In this document: one piece after another, positions 26,232 to 36,400 of the stretch
How positions within the stretch are numbered: position 1 is the stretch's first letter
How the letters are laid out: every line of letters starts with the position of its first letter
DNA from: Candidatus Hodarchaeota archaeon
Lineage (GTDB): Archaea > Asgardarchaeota > Heimdallarchaeia > Hodarchaeales > Hodarchaeaceae
DNA: 61,316 nucleotides
Reading direction: 5' to 3'
Assembly: GCA_016839785.1 (NCBI GenBank)
Contig: JAEOTQ010000030.1
Coordinates: forward strand, 1 to 61,316
The notes under the pieces: generated by a model
What the model was told of the DNA's origin: nothing
Databases searched by the model: none
What the model saw: only the letters and a program-made list of their open reading frames with translations
Translations under genes and position numbers: made by a program

Positions 26232-28079
26232 TTGTTTGATGCTCAAAGCAGGAAAATTCCTTCTTTGGTAAAATTAAATGTATTGGCCATATTGGTGGGG
26301 ATAGTAGGTGGAGTAGGTTCATGGATTTTTCGGTTCGCGATTGATTTCATCTATGAATGTTTTTTCATAATTCCAATGGAATTCTTCAATAATATCGGTT
26401 TATCAATTATTGCTTGGAGTCCTTTTTTACTCTCACCAGTATTAGGTGGGGTGATAGTAGGCTATCTTACCTCTCGGGTGTCAAAAGAGACAAAAGGGCA
26501 TGGAGTTCCTGAGGTTTTAGAATCAGTTGCACTAAAAAATGGTAGAATGAATTTACGGGTCCCATTTATTAAAATAATTGCATCTGCAACCACCATTGGC
26601 TCGGGAGGTTCAGCTGGTAGGGAAGGACCTATCGCACAGATAGGCGCAGGTTTTGCATCTTTTTTGGGGCAAAAAATGAATCTTAGTCCCAAAGAATTAC
26701 GGACATTAGTTGTTTCTGGAGTTGCTGCAGGAATTGCTGCCACATTTAATGCACCTATTGGTGGAGCCTTATTTGCGCTTGAAATTTTGATGGGAGCGGG
26801 GGGAACAACAAGTTTGTTTATTCCAATACTTGTGGCTGGTGTTGTTGGAGTAATTACAGGCCAAATTTTATTAGGATCTGATCCTGCATTCATTGGTTTT
26901 CCTCCTTTAGAGTACCATGATCCTTTTTTAATCCCTCTCTTTATCATATTAGGTTTAATTTGCGGAATTGGATCTGCTCTATGGATCAAATTTTTCTATA
27001 AAGTTGAAGATATAATGGATGAGGTCAATAACAGGTTTAACATTCCTCAAATGTTGTCACCTGCACTGGGAGGATTATTGGTTGGGGTAATATTGGCCGT
27101 TACATTCTTCTTTACAGGTGAGCAATGGGAGACGTATACTGTTATGGGAAGGACCTATCTTCCTATGGATGTTATTTTTCAAGGTACGTTATTCCAGAAT
27201 TCAATTATTCAGATTTTAAGTGTTTTAATCTTATTATTTGTCCTTAAAGCGGTTGCTACAGTTTTTACGGTGGGTTCTGGAGGATCAGGTGGCGTATTTG
27301 CTCCAACTCTTTTTTTAGGTGTCATGTTAGGGGCAATATTCGCAATGCTCGTCGATTATGTTATCATCATCGCCGAGGTTCCTATCGCGCTCTTAGCATT
27401 ATTGGGAATGGCTGCTTTCTTTGCAGGAACAGGTCGTGCCCCTTTAACAGCTATTATCATGACCGCAGAAATGACTGAAGATTATTTTTTGACAATTCCT
27501 TTAATGGTGGTTGTTTCTATCAGTTGGATAGTATCTATTCTTCTCGAGAAAGAAAATATTTATACTTTGAAGCTGATTCGCAGGGGTGTTATTTTACAGG
27601 AGTCTCGTATGGATATTCTTGAGGGAATCAGCGTTGCGGAAGCAATGACACCGCTTGAACAAATGACATTTGTTGACACCAAAACACGATTAGAAACAAT
27701 ATTGGATCTTGTTAGGACAGAAGGTCATGAAGGATATCCAGTTGTTGAACAAGGCAAGTTAATTGGCGTAATCACATTAAGTGATGTTCAAAAGGCTCTT
27801 TATAGTTCTCCTAAAGATTGGAATGTGTTTGATGTGTTAATAAAAAAGACTAAGCCTCTCATTTGTATAGATAAGCAATCTACTTTAATGCATGCAATTC
27901 ATATTATGGAACAAAAAGAGGTTTCACGATTACCAGTGATAGAAAAAGCTGTGTCTCAACCCAATGAATTTCCAATACTTATTGGGTGGTTAACCAATCA
28001 TGATATTACTCGAATGTACGTCCGAGCTAAGGCTGATGTCTCCTTACAGAGATCAGAAAATCATATTCTCTCCTATTAG
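26232..28079 (+). CDS. ClC-family chloride channel/transporter with C-terminal CBS pair
   Basis: GSGGSAGREGP and GSGGSGGVFAP selectivity motifs are present. There are about 10 or more TM helices and two CBS-like modules at the C-terminus. Confidence 0.9.
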   Translation: MFDAQSRKIPSLVKLNVLAILVGIVGGVGSWIFRFAIDFIYECFFIIPMEFFNNIGLSIIAWSPFLLSPVLGGVIVGYLTSRVSKETKGHGVPEVLESVALKNGRMNLRVPFIKIIASATTIGSGGSAGREGPIAQIGAGFASFLGQKMNLSPKELRTLVVSGVAAGIAATFNAPIGGALFALEILMGAGGTTSLFIPILVAGVVGVITGQILLGSDPAFIGFPPLEYHDPFLIPLFIILGLICGIGSALWIKFFYKVEDIMDEVNNRFNIPQMLSPALGGLLVGVILAVTFFFTGEQWETYTVMGRTYLPMDVIFQGTLFQNSIIQILSVLILLFVLKAVATVFTVGSGGSGGVFAPTLFLGVMLGAIFAMLVDYVIIIAEVPIALLALLGMAAFFAGTGRAPLTAIIMTAEMTEDYFLTIPLMVVVSISWIVSILLEKENIYTLKLIRRGVILQESRMDILEGISVAEAMTPLEQMTFVDTKTRLETILDLVRTEGHEGYPVVEQGKLIGVITLSDVQKALYSSPKDWNVFDVLIKKTKPLICIDKQSTLMHAIHIMEQKEVSRLPVIEKAVSQPNEFPILIGWLTNHDITRMYVRAKADVSLQRSENHILSY

Positions 28080-28380
28080 GAGTCATTGGTTATGATTTGA
28101 TTCATTCCCTTTGATTCTGATATAAACCTTTCAAAGGATAGATACTGTTTGAAAATTAGTAATTCATTTTCAACTTCTATTTTGTGTCGTCTAATAAATT
28201 ACTCATTTGCCTCTCTTTCCGTTTGGCAAAGAAAATTCCTAAATAAAACGTAATAAAGGGAAAAATTACATTAAGAAATCCAGCTATACCTAAAATGAGA
28301 ATCGGGAAAAGAAAACCTCCTTCTCCTAAGAAGAGGCCTTTACCAATGACTTCAAACAGTGAAATTAAAGTTGCATCTTC

Positions 28381-29238
28381 TCACATTTTTCGTATTTTTT
28401 TAATTAATTCTCCCGCTTCTTCAGATCTCTCTAAGATTAAATCAGTAGCTACATTTACTTCTTTTGATTCAGAGTATGCCTTAATAGTAGAGCCTGCACC
28501 CATAATGATTTGTAGTATATTACCTATCTTGTGTGAATAATCATCTGTTAAGAGATTTTTCTTTTTAAGAAAGATTCCTTGTTCTAAATGTAAGAAGACC
28601 ATTAAACCAAGTAAGGTTACCATTGCCACTGATGCATAATATGCTATTATTGCTATAATATCAGTACTCATATATAACCCGTAAGTATAGTCCGATACAC
28701 TGGTAATAATATAAACGTTAACTATAACGTAACTTGTCAGGAATATCATTAAGAGAACAATCAGTCCATAACTGTATTGCAGAATATTTTTAATTTCTTT
28801 TCGATTAGAATATACAATAGTAAGAAAAATCAATATTATGAGAAACTGAAAGAAAACAGAGATATTGATTGCGATTAAAACATCAAGGAGAATGAACACG
28901 AAAATAGGTATGATTATAATTATTATTAACATACCTACAACAATATTTCTTGGATATGTTATGAAGTACATTGAAAGTCCTGTAATTAATAGAAATAGTC
29001 CAATATTAAGGCTTACTACATTTGTGATCAGAAAAAGATTCGAAATAAAAAGATCTTGAGTTAGAGTTGTACCAAAAGGTGAAATTGCAGAATTTAATAG
29101 AAAAATCCATCCTAGGAGTTGTAGAAAATGTCGGCGTTCCTTTGATTTGGAAAACATGTCAAGAGTTACAATTGCTCCTATAAAACGAGAAATAAAATTA
29201 AATATCAATCCGAATATAACTAGAATATGCATTTCCAA
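28381..29238 (-). CDS. 7-TM membrane protein with a C-terminal HisKA-like helix (no ATPase domain)
   Basis: It has a polytopic N-terminus. The tail YSHKIGNILQIIMG resembles a phospho-acceptor H-box. It is followed by an in-frame TGA and a further open frame (see findings). Confidence 0.6.
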   Translation of the reverse strand: MEMHILVIFGLIFNFISRFIGAIVTLDMFSKSKERRHFLQLLGWIFLLNSAISPFGTTLTQDLFISNLFLITNVVSLNIGLFLLITGLSMYFITYPRNIVVGMLIIIIIIPIFVFILLDVLIAINISVFFQFLIILIFLTIVYSNRKEIKNILQYSYGLIVLLMIFLTSYVIVNVYIITSVSDYTYGLYMSTDIIAIIAYYASVAMVTLLGLMVFLHLEQGIFLKKKNLLTDDYSHKIGNILQIIMGAGSTIKAYSESKEVNVATDLILERSEEAGELIKKIRKM

Positions 29239-29722
29239 GTCGGATTTCGATCCTGACTAGTGATTTTAATAGTGAGTTTTTTTATAAGTCTCTTCTGTTT
29301 ATGAATATTGTCAAATTCATCTGAATTTTGGATATAAATTACATAATATTCAATTCTGAAAATAATAAATGCTAATGCAACAAGTTCGTATGGATTTAAC
29401 TTCAGATATTGAATCACGTGGACGATTTATGTAGGTAAAAGAAAGCTGAGGATATGCGGTAGAACCTCACATAGTCATTACCATTGATAGTTTAGGGATT
29501 GTGAGACGAGAGGATAAATTTTCGTTACGTAACGCTCGTTTTTTGTATATCAGAGAAGATATGGATATTGATGATATTTCTGATTGGAATGATGTTTACC
29601 AATACTATATGAAAGCAAACTCATAGCCTTTTTTGGTTAAAGAAAGAAAAGAAATATTTTTTCGTCTTATAAATAGAAAAAAGAGAGGAAGAGATGGTTA
29701 TCCAGAGATAATCTCTTGTGAT

Positions 29723-29881
29723 TTAGTACCTTTTAGGTCTACGTTTTCTAAAACATTCTTGGCAATAGACTGGTCTAGTTCCATCAGGTTTGAAGGGAAC
29801 CTCAGTTTCTATTCCACATTCAGCACAGGTTACTTTGTGCATTTCTCGTGGGCCGCGATTGTATGAATTTCCAAAACTCAT
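29723..29881 (-). CDS. Small CxxC-x17-CxxC zinc-ribbon protein (52 aa; below the ORF-track cutoff)
   Basis: My own translation is MSFGNSYNRGPREMHKVTCAECGIETEVPFKPDGTRPVYCQECFRKRRPKRY-stop. This is the widespread CxxC_CxxC small-protein pattern. Confidence 0.7.
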   Translation of the reverse strand: MSFGNSYNRGPREMHKVTCAECGIETEVPFKPDGTRPVYCQECFRKRRPKRY

Positions 29882-30146
29882 TGTGTTCACTTTGATTTAT
29901 TGTCTAGCTTTCACGCCGAAGAACTAGAAATATGTGCTTTCGCTCTCAATATTAAAATTTCAACATTTAAACTGAATAAAAATCAATGATAAAAGTAAAA
30001 ATTATACAATTGTAAAACTAACGCATAGAATCGAATTCTAAATTAATGAAAACCATGTTGACCAACAATGGGAGGCGGTTATAAAGGTATAGGTGAAATT
30101 AACAAAAATTCGGCCTCTGCTATTGGAATTTCTCTGTAAACAAAAT

Positions 30147-31616
30147 CTACTCAATATACACATTACATCCTCGTTCTTTTAGAGTTTGAAGCGAAGTTTT
30201 CACAGGTTCACTTAATGATGACAAGGGGTTATTACGTATACTAATTGTAGATAAGCGTTCAAGCTTCTCAAGACCTTCAGGAAGTATATCAATATTGTTG
30301 TCATTGAAAAAGAGCCCTGTGATATGCTCTCCATCTTGTATAAGATTTGGAGGAAGTTCAGTAATGCTGTTCTCTTTGAATTCAAGTTGAACAAATTTTT
30401 TGACATGCAGGAGACTTGGAGGAACAGTTTTAATTTTATTTTTATAGACATTAAGAGTGGTTAATTTTTGTAATGAATCAAAAATATCTGGAAGATTTTC
30501 GAGCTGATTATTTTCTAAATCAAGTCGTACAAGATTTTTTAAACCTTTCAAATTCTCAGGAAGAATTTGGAACTGATTTGAAGAGATTCTAAGCCATTCA
30601 AGTGATTTAAGATTACCAATTGTGTCAGGTAGACGAGATAGCTTCCCTCCGTTAAGACCTAGGAATTTTAAATTCTTTAGCTGACCAATAGAATCTGGTA
30701 AAGCCACCAATCCTTTATTAATTCGTAATTCTATCTCCTTCAGGTTTTGTAACTCCCCAATACTCTCTGGGAGAGTAGTTAATAGGTTGTTTCCTAGATC
30801 AAGATATTCTAGTAATTCAAAGTTTTTAATACTTTCGGGAAGAACAGCGATTTTTAATTCTGATAAGTCTAATCTGACAAATTTTGTACCATTGTATTTT
30901 ACCGTTCGATCAAAGTGTGTTCCATCGCTTTCAATGATTGCTTCAAATTTATCTTCGAGATTCAGTTCCTCGAGCATCATTTTGAGATGATCACGGTCTG
31001 TAACAACACCTGGAGAAGCTACCTGAACCGCTGGTTTAAGCCATTTCATTGTTCCCTGTAAAAGGAGAGATATTTCTTCAGAATTAAGTTGGAAAGGAAA
31101 TTCTATGAAAGATTTTTTCTTGCGGTCATATTGTAGGCTTATCTTGCAGGTAAGAAGTTGATTAAGGGGGATCACATCATGATCATAGTCTACACATTCA
31201 AAGATAGTAACATTACCTTCATCTGCAGGGACAAAAAAAGGAAAACTGGGTTCTAAACCAACTATTGAAGTGTCTTCTTCATCAGTTCCTTCTTCGTGAA
31301 TCATTTCCACTCGTCTAGAAATATCGATTCTCTTTTCACTGGTAAGCGATTTGAAGGATACAGTTATATCAGTTATCATCCCAGCTTTTGACCCTTCATT
31401 ATACGTAAGTATTGGAAAATAAAATTTAAACGCTTCTGTTTTTTCTTCATCACGAATCAGACCATAATTCACGGACTGATTTAATTTGATTACTGCTCCT
31501 CGTCGCATTTGATACCAATTATACAAAGATAACAAAACTGCTCCGATACCCGGTAAATATGCTGCATATGTGATAAGGTCACTAGTAAGAATATCTTGAA
31601 TGGACATAAATTTCAC
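30147..31616 (-). CDS. Leucine-rich-repeat protein with N-terminal TM anchor
   Basis: There are about 10 consecutive 23-aa units of the form LxxLxLxxNxLxxLPxxIGxLxxL (for example LEYLDLGNNLLTTLPESIGELQNL). The N-terminal ~260 aa are of unknown fold. Confidence 0.85.
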   Translation of the reverse strand: MKFMSIQDILTSDLITYAAYLPGIGAVLLSLYNWYQMRRGAVIKLNQSVNYGLIRDEEKTEAFKFYFPILTYNEGSKAGMITDITVSFKSLTSEKRIDISRRVEMIHEEGTDEEDTSIVGLEPSFPFFVPADEGNVTIFECVDYDHDVIPLNQLLTCKISLQYDRKKKSFIEFPFQLNSEEISLLLQGTMKWLKPAVQVASPGVVTDRDHLKMMLEELNLEDKFEAIIESDGTHFDRTVKYNGTKFVRLDLSELKIAVLPESIKNFELLEYLDLGNNLLTTLPESIGELQNLKEIELRINKGLVALPDSIGQLKNLKFLGLNGGKLSRLPDTIGNLKSLEWLRISSNQFQILPENLKGLKNLVRLDLENNQLENLPDIFDSLQKLTTLNVYKNKIKTVPPSLLHVKKFVQLEFKENSITELPPNLIQDGEHITGLFFNDNNIDILPEGLEKLERLSTISIRNNPLSSLSEPVKTSLQTLKERGCNVYIE

Positions 31617-31968
31617 CCTATTGAAAACGAATTAGACTCTTACAGTCAGAACAAAATTAGTTTTTTTAAACCTATGGAATCTTCATCCCTATATTATGAT
31701 GTAATTGTATTGTATCAGTAGTGCGAAGAGTTTATTCACCTAATTTCCCTCTATAGATTGTGTTAAATTCCACAATTTGGATTAAGATACCGTTGTAGGA
31801 GAATTAAGAAAGAAATATCATAGTTTTAAACACTTTGATAGTATTTCTCAATACCAAATGAAAGGGTATAGAAAGAAAGCTTATATAGGAATTCTTACTA
31901 ATATAAACAAGATTTCTTTATAGAATCCTATATGAAATAAGTGAATCCTTCTCGATGAAACTATCTCG

Positions 31969-32550
31969 ATGGAAGCATTAGAAATGCCTGTTTGTCGTTC
32001 GTGTCATAATTATGTTTTGAAAATTGATAAACATAATCCCTGTCCTCATTGTGGGAATGAAGAACCACTTGTGAAAAATCGAAAGGTGAAATCTGTAATT
32101 CCTGATGATTTACAACATAATTTCAGCGAAAATGTTTCTGATCTGGCAAATCGAACAGCTTCACTGTCTTTTGATACATTATATGGAGACCTTGCATCTC
32201 ACCCAAAAATCTCCCAACTCATTGGGGATTATCCTAGACCAAAGGGTTCCCATTCTAAACCTCTCTCCCAAAATCTCCCCCTCGAGTTCCTATTTCCTCA
32301 TCTTGAAAATACCACTCTTGACCCTGCATCCTTAAAGGTATACTTCCAGCTAGCAGTAGAATACCAACTTATTGTGAAAAAAGCTCCATCTTTTCAGGAG
32401 GGTATGTATCATTGGAGCTTACTTCTTCCTGACCGTCTTCAGGAATATGGGTTGACACTTGATGCTTGGGAGAAAATTAGTAGTATTGGGGATAATGATC
32501 CGATTATCCAAGGGGAATTGCAGAAAATAATGAATGCGATCTCGAAATGA
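31969..32550 (+). CDS. Hypothetical protein with N-terminal zinc ribbon
   Basis: CRSCHNYV...CPHCG is present. The rest is unrecognised. Confidence 0.5.
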   Translation: MEALEMPVCRSCHNYVLKIDKHNPCPHCGNEEPLVKNRKVKSVIPDDLQHNFSENVSDLANRTASLSFDTLYGDLASHPKISQLIGDYPRPKGSHSKPLSQNLPLEFLFPHLENTTLDPASLKVYFQLAVEYQLIVKKAPSFQEGMYHWSLLLPDRLQEYGLTLDAWEKISSIGDNDPIIQGELQKIMNAISK

Positions 32551-32643
32551 TTGATTTTACTTAATCTATACCTTCTTCTCAAACAGTAATTAATTGAGAA
32601 TAAATGATGGAAAAAAGAAAGAGACGTAAGGAATCTCCAGCTC

Positions 32644-33141
32644 CTATGGAATGTTCTTATACTTTTCATCAACTGGTGTATTAAGAATTCGTATTCTCTC
32701 TGCCTCAAATTGTTCTTCAGTAAGAATACCTCTCTCCTTTAGACTAGCTAGTCTTTCTAACTGAGTAAGGCGGTCCTTTGAACGAAAATTCCTATCAATT
32801 GCTGAGGAAATTTCCTTATCAACAATGATTGCTCCTTTTCCCAGTGAGTAGGTGAGAAGTAACAAGAGAAACCCAACTCCAACCAGGATAAGCCCAATTA
32901 CGATCAACAACGGAGTAAGTAATTCTGGATTATCTATCAGGAATTGCGCTCCTGTTCCTTCAATCGTTCCATATTCTACTATTTCAGGATATACAGCGGG
33001 AACCCAAGACAATGCTAGAATCACTCCACCTGAAAAAGCTAATGCTCCTCCAGTCACTCCAAGCGTAAAAAGAAATAATCCTACAAAGAATCCAGCAATT
33101 CCTCTATAACCAAGTTTTATTAAACTCGCACTATCACTCAT
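32644..33141 (-). CDS. Membrane protein with C-terminal SHOCT domain
   Basis: It has three or four TM helices. RLTQLERLASLKERGILTEEQFEAERIRIL follows. Confidence 0.7.
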   Translation of the reverse strand: MSDSASLIKLGYRGIAGFFVGLFLFTLGVTGGALAFSGGVILALSWVPAVYPEIVEYGTIEGTGAQFLIDNPELLTPLLIVIGLILVGVGFLLLLLTYSLGKGAIIVDKEISSAIDRNFRSKDRLTQLERLASLKERGILTEEQFEAERIRILNTPVDEKYKNIP

Positions 33142-33446
33142 ATTGTACCACTTTCCAGTTTTTTTGTTGTTTGGAATAACTAATAATAACTTGAAATATT
33201 GATATTCTTATAATATGCTTTTGGGGCATAGATATTCCACTCTATTACTGCTATTCACTTAATTAGAGGTTTTCTATAGGTGATGTAAGAGATAAATATT
33301 GTGATTATTATTTCTTGTCGAGAGAAAAACGAAGCAGGATGATCAACCAAAATCAACAAGTTTCTTTATTCTTTTTATTGAGGAACCCTCAAATAGAATT
33401 ATTAGTCCTGATAATGTAGAGTCGACAAAAATATCGAATTCCTAGG

Positions 33447-36400
33447 TTGGATAAATTGTCATTGACTAATATGCCAAAACAAGCTAGATATATGCTCCTT
33501 TTTCTCTTAGTTTTATTTCTAGTTCTCACATCTTTTAGTTTAAATGAATTTACTAATTTTGATGATCCTAATCGCGAATCTATTTTATTACCAACATTAT
33601 CTGACCAAACAAATAATATGTCACAATATTATGAACCCAGAAATCCAGGCTATTCTATTCAACCCTTTCAGACCCCCAATATTCTATTTATTGTTGACAG
33701 TCCTTCTTCTCCAAATGTGGATAAAGATGTTCCGTTTTTTGATTTCATGACTATTGTTCTAAACTACAGCGTTACTTATCATGAAGCAAAAGATTCGTAT
33801 TCCTATGAAAATTTTGATGCCATTGTAATTTCTAGCTCTGTGGGAGAAGCTGGAACCGTTGATTCTTTGTCTGATGCTCCCATTCCTATTCTTACAATGC
33901 AGGCTGGACATTATGATGAATTTCAGCTCGGTGATGATTATAGCATAAAAGATACTAAAAGATACTGGATTTATAATAGCGATCATTACGTTTCGCAAAA
34001 TCTCCTTAATGATTCCACTTTGGAGGTATACTTTGATAATGATCCCGTTGGTTACATTACTGATTATGATTATGTACCAGAGGGAGCCGAGATTACTCTC
34101 ATTGCTGTAAGAGCTGACAAGAATTTTTATTATCCCTCCCAAGCAACTTGGTTAATTTTAGACAAGGGCGATAATAACTGGAATCTATTTCCGTCTCCTG
34201 AAAGGAGGGCCTTTTGGGGAGCTAGTTGGGGTCCAAGTTTAAATCCAACTGGATGGGATAGTTGGAATAGAACGTTAAGCTGGATCCTGTACGATGATGT
34301 GCCTGGAAATGCTACTCTACAAGTTGATGTCACGGACTTAGATAATAAAGCCGTTTATAATGCTCAAGTAACTCTAATGGGCTCTAGGAATCAATCAAGA
34401 ATTTGGATTCAGAATACTACAAGTTCAGGTATTTCAACTTTCACTAATATCCCCTATGGAATTTATAATATTACTGTGGAATATGAGGATACTATTAATA
34501 ACGATTTACAATTTATTGAAATCGCTGGAGAACGAACTTACTCCATTGAGACGTTTTTACAATATTTTGTTCAAGTAAATGAGTACAGTGATAATGATGT
34601 TCCTCTGATTACTAATATTCAATTTCATGCCTCAAATGATACATTTACAGCTGATATTTATGATGAAAGCACTTTAATTAATGTTAATCTCAGTTTAACC
34701 GCCAGATATTCGTCTAATGATACCATTGTGAGAAATTCTGTTTATAATATGGTTTCTATTGATGGAATTCATTATTACAATGATACTGCACTGCAAGGAT
34801 TACCCGATTCTGGTATTAACATTGTTTACAACGTTTCCGCTATTGATATTGCTTCAAATACAGAAGTATCAGATAATCAGGGCTTTACCCTAGGAGAGTT
34901 TAATGCTCCAATAATCCATTATTATAATGTTACTGATAATGAAGACGGATCATTAGTATTTTACGCTAATATCACGGATGAAGAAAGTCTCGTTCAAGAA
35001 GTAGTGTTGAGAATTAACAATACATATGAGAATATGTATCTGAATTCATCTGGTTTGTGGATTTTCGAAACTTTTGCTTATTATGGCGTTCTTTTGAACT
35101 ATTCTATTCATTCAGCAATCGATAGTGTTGGGAATGAAAATAATGACACTTTTTCTCCAAAATTTGGTCTAGTTACTCCACAAGACTCTTTTAGCCCTAT
35201 TATTTATGATTTGAGTTATAATCTTAGTGCTCATGAGGAAGGATTTGTTGTATTTAAAGCTAGAGTAGAAGAATTAAATGATGAATTTCAGAGTGGGGTC
35301 AATACAAGCAGTGTTTCAATAATGATTTCGATAAACAATGGAAGTTGGGTGAATTTCACACTTCCTATGTATGCTATTGGTGAAATCACATATGAATTTG
35401 AATATACATTCGATTTTAATGATACCGTATTCTATCAAATTATCGCTGCTGATTTGGCGGGAAATATTAATTGGGGTTATGAACACAACACTACCGTTGA
35501 TGATAATTCTATTCCCCAAATAGTCTTTAACGCCAAAGAATTTGGTAATGGTATTGTTGAATTTAATTCGACAGTGATTGACTGGCCTAATAATTCAACT
35601 TCGGCCATACTTTATTATACTCAGAACTATTTTGGTTCTTGGTCCAATATTTCTATGACTATAATTGATCAGAATCTATTCATTCAGCAAGTTCCTAATT
35701 TTGATTTTAGACTTCAGGATGTTTGGTATTATGCTACTGCTATTGACTCAGCCTTAAACGTATACGAACCGACTCCTGATCAATATCAAAAAATTACTCT
35801 AAGCGATTTAGTTGCTCCTGAAGTCTTCGTTGTAATAGAAAACTCTACTATAGTCGATGGCAAAATATCCATTACTACATGGGCAAATGATCTTTATGGG
35901 GATGTTTGGGATATCAACAACACCTTTTACATAAATTTCACGGAACAAGGCAGCACTACTCAATATGAAATGAATTATGATTCATTTTATTTCCATACTT
36001 TTGAACAAACGTTTAATTTTGGAGACGTAATCACTATTGAAGTTTGGACAACTGATAGTGAAGGTAATATAGGAGTAAAAAGCCGTACCATAATCATAGG
36101 AGACTTCTCTGCTCCTAAAATACTAGAAACTGGAATTGATGAATATCAAAATGGTACTGTGACTTTCTGGGCTGAAGTAATCGAATATTCTACTGGAAGT
36201 GGTCTTCCCACTGACCATTCTTCAATATCACTGGAATATGTATTCGTTTCAATGTTTAAGGAATCTTTGTCTTGGAATGGAACAGGAAACATTTATAGCT
36301 ATACAGTTTCAGGATTTATTCCAGGAAATGCCTTTAATTATCGAATAAGTGCTTACGATAATAATAATAACACTGTAATTACTCTCTGGAATATGGAAAC

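Noticed and set aside
26462-26989. 175-aa minus-strand ORF inside the ClC gene. The same applies to other nested ORFs, for example 4955-5260, 13269-13502, 33759-34142, 42936-43379, 44936-45220, 47247-47501, 51300-51536, 53379-53726 and 59831-60049.
   Set aside because: All lie wholly inside longer ORFs that carry diagnostic motifs on the opposite strand or in another frame. Their translations are low-complexity or Pro/Ser/Ile-rich, as expected for antisense shadows.
28080-28383. Selenocysteine decoding of the in-frame TGA at 28381-28383
   Set aside because: There is no Cys/Sec redox context around the codon. No GC-rich SECIS-like stem-loop is visible in the ~100 nt downstream of the extended frame. 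Readthrough, mutation or sequencing error are more parsimonious.
29470-29625. Stop-free stretch on the + strand (…VEPHIVITIDSLGIVRREDKFSLRNARFLYIREDMDIDDISDWNDVYQYYMKANS-stop) that looks protein-like
   Set aside because: It is only about 57 codons long. The only canonical starts are internal (a GTG giving about 41 aa). I see no motif, so it is possibly a decayed gene fragment, and the evidence is too weak to call.
29633-29866. 77-aa + strand ORF
   Set aside because: It overlaps, in antisense, the 52-aa CxxC-x17-CxxC gene, which has a recognisable conserved signature. The + strand product has none.
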